From: Octopus sinensis
Taxonomy: Eukaryota
NCBI RefSeq assembly: GCF_006345805.1
Contig: NC_042997.1
Span: 179,118,001-179,182,000 of the forward strand
Length of the DNA: 64,000 bases
Reading direction: 5' to 3'
The notes beneath the pieces were generated by a model. That model was not told the DNA's origin. It made no database searches and worked only from the letters and a program-made list of their open reading frames with translations. A program made the translations under genes and the position numbers. Shown here piece by piece: positions 53,802 through 64,000 of the stretch. Numbering within the stretch: position 1 is the stretch's first letter; each line of letters begins with the position of its first letter.

Positions 53802-53802
<1 letters not shown>

Positions 53803-53861
<59 letters not shown>

Positions 53862-53880
53862 TATAAATAATAATAATAAT
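53803..53880. repeat. (TAA)n microsatellite at the 3' end of an R4-like element
   Basis: Direct tandem repeat. Confidence 0.95.
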
Positions 53881-54050
53881 TTTCTCGTTATTCTATTTTT
53901 TTTTTATTGGCAAGTGATTTGATCTCTATAAAGTGTCGAGAGTAAAATCATTTCATTGCGGTAAAGCTATAATAGCCATTAGAACGACACATAATGGTAT
54001 GTTTCATATAATGTTATTATTTTGTAATAACAGCAATGTATGTATATATG

Positions 54051-54102
<52 letters not shown>

Positions 54103-54183
54103 ATTTATATATATTTATATATATATATCTGTGTGTGTTTGTATATATATATATATTTACGTATCATTACTATTATTGTTCTG

Positions 54184-54420
54184 TGGAGTAGTGGACTAGC
54201 AGAATGGTTAAGGCGTCCAACGCGATGCATGGCAGTATTCGGAAACGACTGTTATTTGCTCTTATTTTAAATCTCGTCGGGGTCACATTGACCTTCCTTC
54301 CTTTCGCGAACAAGAAATATAAACTACAAATTGAACACTTGGGAGTACATTTGATGGTTTAACCCAACATTCGCACCAATTTTTGGACTTGTGCCTATGT
54401 TAAAAATAATTATTATCATA
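54184..54420 (+). mobile_element. SINE family B, old diverged copy
   Basis: GGACTAGCAGAATGGTTAAGGCGTCC...GGGGTCACATTGACCTTCCTTCCTTTCG...TTTTGGACTTGTGCCTATGTTAAAAATAATT follows the family B layout. Confidence 0.5.
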
Positions 54421-55581
54421 ATATAAAGCAATGCTTTGGCGGTAGAAATACAAACCACTGGAAATTATGTTGGGGAATTTAGTTTCAGCTCCCTGAATTT
54501 CTCTCTTCCCCTCTCTGTCTCTATCTTATGTATTCATACACACACTCATATACGTATGCACACACACACACACACATACATACATATATACATACATACA
54601 TGCATACATACATACATACATACATGCATACATACAAAGATACAAACAAAAATATAGACATAGATTCCAAGATAAATGGGTAGAGGTAGATAGTTGCAAC
54701 TGCGCGAATGTAGGTGCATGCACTTTTAAATCGCAATTGCTGATAAATGAAACGACCAGATTCGATAAAATGAAATACCAATCTTATACTTCCTATATAC
54801 AATGGACTGTCCCCTTCTGCCAAATCTTAGATATTCTACATGTCTGGCAGATTAAGGTAGGTGAACTGATAGAATCGCTAGAGCGTAGGAATAGCTACTT
54901 TTGGCATGGTCTGGCTTTTGCTACTGATTTCATATCCTGCCGAAGTCGACTTTAATTTTCATGTTTTGGGAATCAATCTATAAATTATCAATATATAATT
55001 TTTTTCTGTAAATTCTCCTAGTATTACTATTTGTGACTTTGTTATGATAGGATATATGATGTTGCATGTTTATCATTATTTGTATAGAAGAAAGTTGATA
55101 GGGAGAATATTAGAGCATTGGTCATTACTGTTATCTAATCTTGCTTTTAAAACGTTATAGAGATGACATCAAGCCGAGGTTAAATTTGCTTTTCATACCA
55201 TCGGCGTCAATAAAATAGCACTGAAGTTTTGAGGTGAATTTAATTGACTGTTTCTTTCTCCAGAGAATGTTGCCCTAGGGTTTAAAATAAAAATGAAAGA
55301 AATATAGTAGTTATAATATTTTTTCAAAAACCCATGCGAGCATATTGCCAAATGAAAAAAAAAAATGTAGCGACAATATCTCAACTACAGACTCATCCGT
55401 ACATATGTACACACAGGCAGACACACATCCACAGACTTACACACAGACATACACAGACACACAGACGCACACACACTTATAAATGCATATGTGTGCGAAT
55501 AAGTAAACACTGTATAGATTCCATCATAAAATAGTGATATATATATACATACATATATACATACATATATATACAATATAT

Positions 55582-55615
<34 letters not shown>

Positions 55616-55621
55616 CATTCA

Positions 55622-56025
55622 TACTCTTTTACCCTCTTACTTGCTTCGGAAATTTTTACTGCGGCTATGCTGGAGCACCACCTCTAGTCGAGCAAATCGA
55701 CCTCAGGACTTATTCTTTGAAAGCCTAGTATTTAATCTTTCGGTCTCTTTGCCGAAAGGCTAAGTTACGGGGACTTAAACACACCAGCATCGGTTGTCAA
55801 GCGATGTTGGTGGGACAAACACAGACACACAAACATACACACACACAAACACATACACACACATACAGACACACATACATATATATACGGCGGACTTCTT
55901 TCAGTTTTCGTCTACCTAATCCGCTCACAAGGATTTGGTCGGCTCGAAGCTATAGCAGAAGACACTTGCCCACGCAGTGGAGCTGAACCAGGAACAACGT
56001 GGTTTGTAAGCAAGCTACTTACAGC
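55622..56025 (-). mobile_element. SINE family A, full-length copy
   Basis: CTGCGGCTATGCTGGAGCACC...GCTAAGTTACGGGGAC...CATCGGTTGTCAAGCG, a microsatellite, then CTTCTTTCAGTTTTCGTCTACC...CGCAGTGGAGCTGAACC. Confidence 0.82.
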
Positions 56026-58125
56026 ATCGTTTAGTATTTAATGTCTATGACTATTAGGAGTTGTCACTCACGCTGTAAATTCCTTCTATGGCTAATTCTC
56101 TGTTCGCTTCACTGAATGGTAATAATATATGCAGTGTATGTTAACAATAATTAAAAGAATAGAGAATATGGAGAATTGTACATTCTCAAAGTGAATATAC
56201 TTTTATTTTACAAACTCATAGAGCATATTTTTATGGTTATGAGGACCTACACATGTTTTCCCTGCACATAGTATGGGCAGTTGTGTATGTCTTTTTCTTA
56301 GCGATTCAGGTTTTTCTCTGGCTGTGGTATTTATTCTGGGTAACAGAAAGGAGAGGTTGCTTAAGACTCGGCAGTAAAATTAAAGGGCATAAATTTTGAG
56401 GATGTAGTAGTCTAACGTTACACTATTGTCTCTAATGTTACACTTATTGTCATATGTATATATATAAATATGTATATCCTGCCACTGGCTATGTTTCTGT
56501 TTGTCTATCTATCTATCTACCCATCTATCCATCCATCCATCTATATATCTATCTATCTACCTACCTACCTACTTACCTATCTATCTGTCTGTCTGTCTGT
56601 CTGTATATCTATCTATATATTTGTCTGCCCATCTATCTATCTATCTACATGAAACACACACAAACACAGTCACACACGCACAAAAAAAAAACACACACAC
56701 ACACAGACGCTCATGCACACGTGTTTATATTTCTATTCGCAATTATTGAAATGTAGAGTCGATTGTTACAAATTTCCAACAGGCAAATCACTGATCCATT
56801 GGTTTACATTTCCAACACCGAAAGTAATACACGTTATAGATGGTGTCTTTATCTATAAAAGGTGTAAGCGATCGACGAACATTAATATTGTATTTGTGTA
56901 GATTTTCATGTATTGATTTGTTTATTTATTGTAAATTAGTATTTACTATATTCTGTAGATTATTTTATCTAGACCTTCGTTTGTGAAGAAGAATCTAAAT
57001 GCTTTTCTAAGAAGGGAATTTATCACTCATATTTACTGTCTCAATGTATGTGCAAATGTGTATTTTTCTGTTTGACAAAGATGGCTGTGATGTATTTCTT
57101 ATTCTGGATTTGAATTATGCTTAGAAGAGGATTTTTGTATGACAGAAATTTTTAATTGTCTTGTTCTGTTCATCTTTAATTTCTCAATGGATATTCAAAG
57201 ACATTAGTAAACTAGATAGAACAAAGCAATCACAATTACAGCGTTATAAAACACCAGCCATTGCACCTATTAAAATAAACAATGCAACCATTATATATAT
57301 ATTACATGAATCGCATGCAAATTAATTATAGCATAGATGAGCACATTATAAACAGACCCTCATAAAACAGAACATTAAATGCACCGTAACAATCAATAAT
57401 CTAACTCTAATAATATACTACGAAACAATAAAATAACATTAAAAGCCTGCTCATCAATAGGAAACTACAAACCTGTGAGCCCACAAACAAGCGAACAATC
57501 AAATAATGATCAATGTAATTTACAAATTTGATTGCAAACATGAAATTTATAAACTTCACGGTTCCAACATTTATATTGGCCATAAAATCTTGACATTCGC
57601 CTACAGGCTCACCGTGCACTCAAGAGAAAGGCCAGTTGCATCGTATTGCATTTCGCAGTACAAAAGTAAAATGAATGGGTAAGCATGAATAAGGAACGTA
57701 TGTATCGTTTACAGATTTCTTGCACAAACATAGCCGAGAAACGTTCGGAAGAAAGCAAAATATGGAAATATACACATAAAATGGCACTAATCATGAAAAT
57801 ATAAATCCTCCCACACTAAATTTAAAATTCGGCTATTATCATTCATAGCAATCGGATTAAACCTGCCTATTATCAAAGGTAAGAACGGAAACAAAGTGAA
57901 CCAGAATTATTTTTCAATCTTGTAAAAATCGGATGATCCAAATACTGTTCGTTTTCGAATGGTAAATTAATCATACAGCCTCATGTACGTAAGAATACGT
58001 ATATATTCTAATGGGTCTGGAATACAGAAACCTGTATAAACAATATTATTTAAGAACGTGAAACGAGTTTAACAAAGTGATTTAAAGTAATTATCATGTA
58101 TGTGTGTGTGTACATACACACACAG

Positions 58126-58174
<49 letters not shown>

Positions 58175-58915
58175 CACGCTGACACACACACACACGCGCA
58201 CATACACATATATATATTTATATATATACACACGAGTAAATGTAAGTATAAGCAAGTTAGGCAAGTCGATATGCAAGAAGTATTCAATACATTTAATACA
58301 CAGAGGGTTCTAATCAAAAAATGAGTAATTACAAACACGCTCCAGCTGCTGGCCCCCAGACATGCTTTTTCTCTAATCTGTGACTCTTCTATCGTACTGT
58401 TATCCCCATTTTTTGGGACCTGGCTGTCTCGTACCACCCTCCCATATTCCTATCTCTAGTCATTCTTGGCGCCTCTCTACTCCTCGGCCCTACATTAATC
58501 AGTCCTCTGGGATCTCCTCCATGTACATGTCTTTTTGTGCACGTATTGCTCTGCAGCAGCTTAAACTGAGTAATAATGGTATCAAACTAGATTTACACTA
58601 TGATAAAACACATTAATAGCATATCAATAGCACACCACACCAGCACAGATAAAATGATCACATTAATATCTTACCCACTCTCTCGGTTAAGAAATCAGTA
58701 AAAGTGCTGATATGAATTTTACGCTTTCAACAGGATCTTCATCAACACCACCATAATAATGTTCTAACTATTACCTGACTATAATACTTACACTGCATTT
58801 GCAGTATTATTAACTCACACTATTATCATAACCACTTCCAACACCACTAGCATAACCAACTAAACTACTAATGCCTTATCTCATTAGTATCAGTCTACAT
58901 TCATAGCTTCTGTGT

Positions 58916-59168
58916 AGGTGCGTCGCCTAGTGGTTAGGATGTCAGTATCATGATCGTAAGATTGTGGTTTCGATTCCTGGACCGGGCAACGCGTTGTGTT
59001 CTTGAGCAAAACACTTCCTTTCACGTTGCTCCAGTTCACTCAGCTGGCAAAAATGAGCAACGCTGGGATGGACTGGTGTCCCGTCCAGCTGGGGAACTCA
59101 TACGCCATGGAAACCGGGAAACCAGGCCCATGAGCCTGACTAGGCTTTAAAAGGGCGCACTTATTATT
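58916..59168 (+). mobile_element. SINE family C head and central domain with a different tail (tail 2)
   Basis: GCCTAGTGGTTAGG...GTTTCGATTCC...GTGTTCTTGAGCAAAACACTT..TTTCACGTTGCTCCAGTTCACTCAGCTG, followed by GGATGGACTGGTGTCCCGTCCAG, which is not in the tail 1 copies. Confidence 0.75.
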
Positions 59169-59389
59169 TTTTATTCATAGCTTCCAGGATATTATTATAA
59201 TATCTTCATATTCGAATCAACATTGTTGGTGTCGTGTGTATCTCATTATGGCAACCACCGCAATAATTGTGTTACATACCACAGCATCGGCACTCCAGCA
59301 GCACACCATCCCCAATAAATCATCACCGCCATCATTACAAACTACTCAAAGACTAAAAGAAAGAAACAAACACAAAGCACTCAGACATG

Positions 59390-59900
59390 CCCGCAACCAC
59401 CGTCACTATCATAACCATCACTAGTACCAATACGCTTTGACAATAAGAGCTACTACTACAGCTACTACTACTGCCACCATCACCACCACCACCACCACCA
59501 CCACCACAACCGTGACCGCCACCTCCACCGCCACCGCCCCTCCCCTCCCCTCCCACTACTACTACTACTACTACTACAATCACTTCCACAACGATTCCTA
59601 TCTTCAAGACCGTCACACCTAAATACTTCAACCGTCTTTCCAGCATAAGTAACCCTGAATCACTATCGCCATCACCATCGATTTCACAACCACAACCACA
59701 TCCACGACCACTGCCACCAATACCACCTCTACAAAAGGCCCAAACATCATTTTAATGAAAAACAAAACAACGAGCATTTTAACCATCAACTCTAAAACCA
59801 CCACCATTTGAACAATAACAACGACCAGCACCATAGGTTCATCTTCACATCACTTGTACGACAAACTGGAACACCGACAACAGCTCTCTCCCCACTTCAC
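59390..59900. repeat. (CAC)n/(CTA)n/(ACA)n low-complexity tract
   Basis: Degenerate trinucleotide repeats. Confidence 0.85.
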
Positions 59901-60286
59901 CCACCACTGCCATTCGTATAAGGTATTATCGTGTAGTACCAAATAAGGTATTATCGCGTATGGGAAGATATACTATTAATATAACATCATTAGCTTCACA
60001 AATCATTCGCAAACATGCTCTTTATAGCCTCAGGACACTACAGGGAGTTTTACACTATATTCTAGAAATGTGTTGGTATTTATACCGCTGCACTCTACAC
60101 AACAACCGTGATTACTATGGAGCAGTAAATATTGTCGGAATTACTCTCTAGCTGTCTTCATTTTTAGCTGCTGATTATTAGTAAAAAGGGCGTGGATGCT
60201 ACAACAGCGTTGTTGATGTCGCTGATTTTTAATGACGAAGTCGACGACGATGCTGATTATGATGACGATTTCTATTGGGTTTTAAA

Positions 60287-60518
60287 GGCGGCGAGCTGCC
60301 AGAGACGTTAGCACGCTGGGCGAAGTGCTTCGCGGTATTTCGCCCGTCTCTACGTTCTGAATTCAAATTCCGCCGAGGTCGACTTTGCCTTTCATCCTCT
60401 CGGGATCGATAAATTAGGTACCAGTTACGCATTGTGGTTGATGTAATCGATTTAATCCGTTTGTCTGTCCTTGTTTGTGCCCTCTATGTTTAGCCCCTTG
60501 TGGGTAATAAAGAAACAG
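60287..60518 (+). mobile_element. SINE family B (tRNA-like head plus central GTCGACTTTGCCTTTCATCC...GATAAA..GTACCAG domain, Nin/Deu-like)
   Basis: A-box-like GGCGAGCTGCCAGAGACGTTAG, B-box-like ATTCAAATTCC and a conserved central domain; several reverse-complement copies occur in the window. The domain name is from memory and is tentative. Confidence 0.8.
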
Positions 60519-60524
60519 ATTACT

Positions 60525-60830
60525 ATTGGGTTGTCCGGAAAGTTCGTGCCGGTTTAGAGTAACTGACATTTCGACTTATTTTAGAACATGGATGAATCCA
60601 TGAAATAGGATTTGTCTACACCTCCATTTAGAGCATAGTTTAATCTATCTTTTCGTGGAAGAAGGTTTATGTTCATATAACCCGTGTTAATTCTGCACCC
60701 CTTTAAAATGGAAGATAAGAAAGTTCATTTTCGGCACTTGATGCTTTGGGAACTAGACAAAAATTGCTGCAGCTCGGCACATCCTAAGTTTCCTCGAAAA
60801 TGTGAACGTTTTGCATGCGAAAAAAGGCTA
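60525..60830 (+). mobile_element. 5' part of the same mariner family
   Basis: TA plus TTGGGTTGTCCGGAAAGTTCGTGCCG TIR; the 5' region is homologous to 47991-48240; encodes MEDKKVHFRHLMLWE. Confidence 0.8.
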
Positions 60831-61499
60831 CACACAACGTTCGTTCTTTCTTACTTTCTTTCCTTCATTCTTTCCCTCGGCCTTTACCTCCTTTCTTTCT
60901 TTTCTGCTTTCTTTCCTTCTGTCACTCATTCTTTCTTTCATTCTTCCTTCCTTCCTTCCTACCTACCTACCTACCCTCTCTCTCTCTCTTTTCCACCTTT
61001 TCAGCTATTAATCCTACTTCAATTGCGTATAGAGAGTTTTTCTTCTGTTCGGCCATATTATGCAATATCAATGAATGATTTATTTACTGCTTCGTAAACA
61101 CACACACACACACACACACACAGACACACAAACTCATGTAAATGCATATATGTGCATGCATCCATGTGTATGTAGTGGTGTATATTAGTAATACTATTAA
61201 CATACTAGTTGCTAAATGTGGTAACTATTGCTCTACACTTTCGTATCGTTATCATAACGGTAAGAGACAGCCAAAATAATACTATGTTATATAACGACGT
61301 ATGAAGATCTGGTATTATCCGGATGTGAAATCTTTTAAATGACAGCCTCCAAGAAGTTTCGATTTTATCATTACCAGCAATTTTATTTTTCATTTGCTGA
61401 GTGTTTGTCATAGAATTCTAAAACTGCAGACACCAAGAGAGGACATGACATTTCAATTATTTCTGAGTTGTTTTCAACTTTGCGTAGATTCACTTCAAA

Positions 61500-62440
61500 T
61501 TTAGGTTTTGGAAATATTTTATTTGCCTTGCGTAATCAGTTTCGTTTGTTGCAAATCGAAAATACATTTCGAAGTCGGGATGTTCCGATTTCAATCCTAT
61601 AGTTCGGCAGCTCGTAAACCCTTTTTTTCTTCTTACGTGGCATCAGGGTGCGCAACACATGGAAAGGCTGCTTTTGCATCTTCTTCAGATTTTAAGTTTT
61701 TTCTTTGAAAAACGTTCTTTAATGCCCGGGAAACGTGATTGTCAGTTGGTGCAAGGTCTGGTGAATATGGTGGATGACAGAGTATTTCCAAGTTCAGTTT
61801 CTGTAATTTGAGTAGCGTTTTTGTACAACATGTTATACAACCGCTGTAGTTGACAGCGCTGCACCACCAAACATACACCATTAGCTTTTTTTTCTTTTTG
61901 GTGAATATTCTGTTTTGGATTGTGTTTTGATACTTCGTCTCTCTCCAACCACGGTGCGGAACGCTTGCTATTGTTGAAAAGAATCTATTTTTCACCACAC
62001 GTAACATTACGATGCAAAAGTGGTTCGCATTTATGTCGTGACAGCAAATAACAGCAAGTTTCAAAACGTTTAGTTTGAGTGGTACCCACTTATCCAGCTT
62101 TTTCACTTTTCCGATTTGTTTCAAGTGGTCCAATATAGTTGGATTCGAAACAACAAACATTGCTGCTATCTCACGCGTAGTTTGAGATGTATCCGCTTCC
62201 ACTACAGTCTCCAGTTCATCATTATCCACCCTCGTCTCAGGGTTACCACGGGGCTGACTTTCAAGAGTAAAGTCACCAGACTGGAACTTCTCAAACCATC
62301 GACGTAGGGCGCTCATTCGACACATCTTCACCAAACACCTCATTGATATTTCGAGCTGTCTGTGATGAATTGTTTCCACGACGGGACTAATATTCGTAAA
62401 CAACACGAATTTATTTTTATCAATCCATGGGTTCACACGA
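61500..62440 (-). pseudogene. Mariner transposase remnant with an internal deletion
   Basis: RRWFEKFQSGDFTLESQPRG...TTREIA...TILDHLKQIGKVKKLDKWVP, KLMVYVWW, ILCHPPYSPDLAPTDNHV. The HDNA catalytic segment is missing. Confidence 0.88.
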
Positions 62441-63094
62441 AGTGATTTACAAAAGATAACTCACAATATAATCAGACATATTCTCCATGCAAAAACTGTC
62501 GTTTGAGGCTACGTGAAAATTTTTCAGCGCTTTTTTTTTAAACGGTAAAGTTTGTATATTCTGTCTTTGTAAATGATAGTCATACGGAATTGAAGTGGTC
62601 AATCATTTCTTTTGCTGATGAATAATTAAAGAACACGATAACATAAGCTACTGACTGTGTTTAGTTGCTGTACGCCTCTTGTTTTATCATTATATTCTGG
62701 TGGGTCTCTTGTGAATAGGTACTAATTACGTGTAGCTAACATTTGACGTTCTGTTTTAACTGATTGTCCAAACTTGTATTTCACATTGGATTATTTTGTC
62801 CATTCTTTCAAACGGCCGCGTATTGGAAGAATCACCATATTTTTACTTGATCTTTATCTATTTTGAATTTCGCCTTAATTTTATCATCTATTGGCTTTCC
62901 TTAATTTCGGTTCTTTTCTTTTTCTATTTCCTTAGTCTCATTCCGATTTTTTCTGTATTTCACTTCTTCATTACACAGGTTTCACCTATATCTAAACAAC
63001 AGTGACACTACGAGATTTAGATAAAATTTTTGTCAGAGTCACATACAGTTAATAAGCAATCAGGTTGATACACATATCCTTTTATTAATATATT

Positions 63095-63180
63095 TATTCT
63101 TGTAAGCCTGGTGCTTAATCTATCGATCTCTTTTGCCGAACCAGGAAGCTACGGGGACGTAAACACACCAACATCGCTTA
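63095..63180 (-). mobile_element. SINE family A, tail fragment
   Basis: TTCTTGTAAGCCTGGTGCTTAATCTATCGATCTCTTTTGCCGAACC...ACGGGGACGTAAACACACCAACATCG matches the family A tail. Confidence 0.65.
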
Positions 63181-63534
63181 ATGGATTATTTGATCACTTC
63201 AGAATAAGATTTATTCAACACGTTTGCTGCAAAACATTTTATTTTATTAATTAAACACAACAGAATAGTGGTGGATGTAATTGTTAACACATCTGAAAAA
63301 AATGTCTAGGCTTTTACGTCAGTATTTCAATGTAATCGGAGCAGACTTTGCCTTTCTTCAGTCACAGATCGATAAAACAGAGTACCAGTCATGAACTGTC
63401 TTCGATTCGATCGACTATCTCTCCTTCATTCAAATTTATGACATTAAAAGTACTTTAGAAAAAATAATCATTAATTTCAAGTGATATATTTGCTTCTTTT
63501 AGGTTAATTGATGAAATGTAATTGTTTATATAAA

Positions 63535-63855
63535 GGCGCATAGCTCAGTGATTAGAGCGTCGGACCTCACTATCATGAGGTAGTAAGTTCAATTTTCGGA
63601 CCGGGCTGTGTGCTGTGCTCTTGAGCAAGATAAATTATTTCATATTGCTACAGTTCACTCAGCTGTAGAAATGAGTTGCGACGTCACGGGTGCCAAGCTG
63701 TATCAGCCTTTGCATTTCCCTTGAACAACATCTGTGGCGTGGAGAAGAGCGGCTGGTACGCACTGGCGACGGTGACTGCTAGTCTTCCATAAATAACTTT
63801 GCCCAGACTCGTGCCTCGGTGGGAAACTTTATAGGTGCAATCCCATGATCATTCT
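63535..63855 (+). mobile_element. SINE family C (tRNA head, GTGCTCTTGAGCAAG central domain, tail 1)
   Basis: GGCGCATAGCTCAGTGATTAG A-box and GTTCAATT B-box; central CAGTTCACTCAGCTG; the tail is homologous to the copy at 26088-26434. Confidence 0.8.
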
Positions 63856-64000
63856 TTCTATCTATTTATACATGAATGCTTGAATGAGAGAAACATAACT
63901 GTATTTAACTGCACGTAGGTGTAACCGCTGATCACACACACATACACATATATATATACACTTCTCACTCATTTTTTGCTTTTTCTATCCTGTACCTTAT

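Noticed and set aside
63535-63610. tRNA gene calls at SINE heads (also 26360-26434, 58916-58990, 4355-4430)
   Set aside because: A- and B-box-like motifs are present but there is no complete cloverleaf, and each continues into a shared SINE body.

Overview
AT-rich, microsatellite-dense eukaryotic DNA that is almost entirely non-coding and repeat-derived. The SINE families and repeat landscape resemble what I recall from coleoid cephalopod (Octopus-like) genomes; this is an inference, not a database result. No intact host protein-coding gene is supportable, and most ORF-track entries are translations of microsatellites. Recognisable content: (1) a 5'-truncated CR1/L2-group LINE RT region with one frameshift (6821-8362); (2) a ~1.56 kb fold-back palindrome (5175-6735) carrying a canonical minimal hammerhead ribozyme in each arm, typical of Penelope-like element pseudo-LTRs; (3) many R4/Dong-like (restriction-like endonuclease) retrotransposon fragments at (TAA)n tracts, including a head-to-tail stack at 10960-13570; (4) an ORF1-only zinc-knuckle non-LTR element (49901-51240); (5) mariner and Tc1-like transposase relics plus an internally deleted mariner with both TIRs; (6) at least three tRNA-headed SINE families, one sharing a co-varying 3' stem-loop with the LINE; (7) several isolated long hairpins and a 100-N gap (13571-13670). 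The most interesting structure is the nested complex at 4355-9112: one SINE split by a hammerhead-bearing palindrome, a LINE that may be its partner, and a second ribozyme-like fragment. Boundaries of degenerate elements are approximate.
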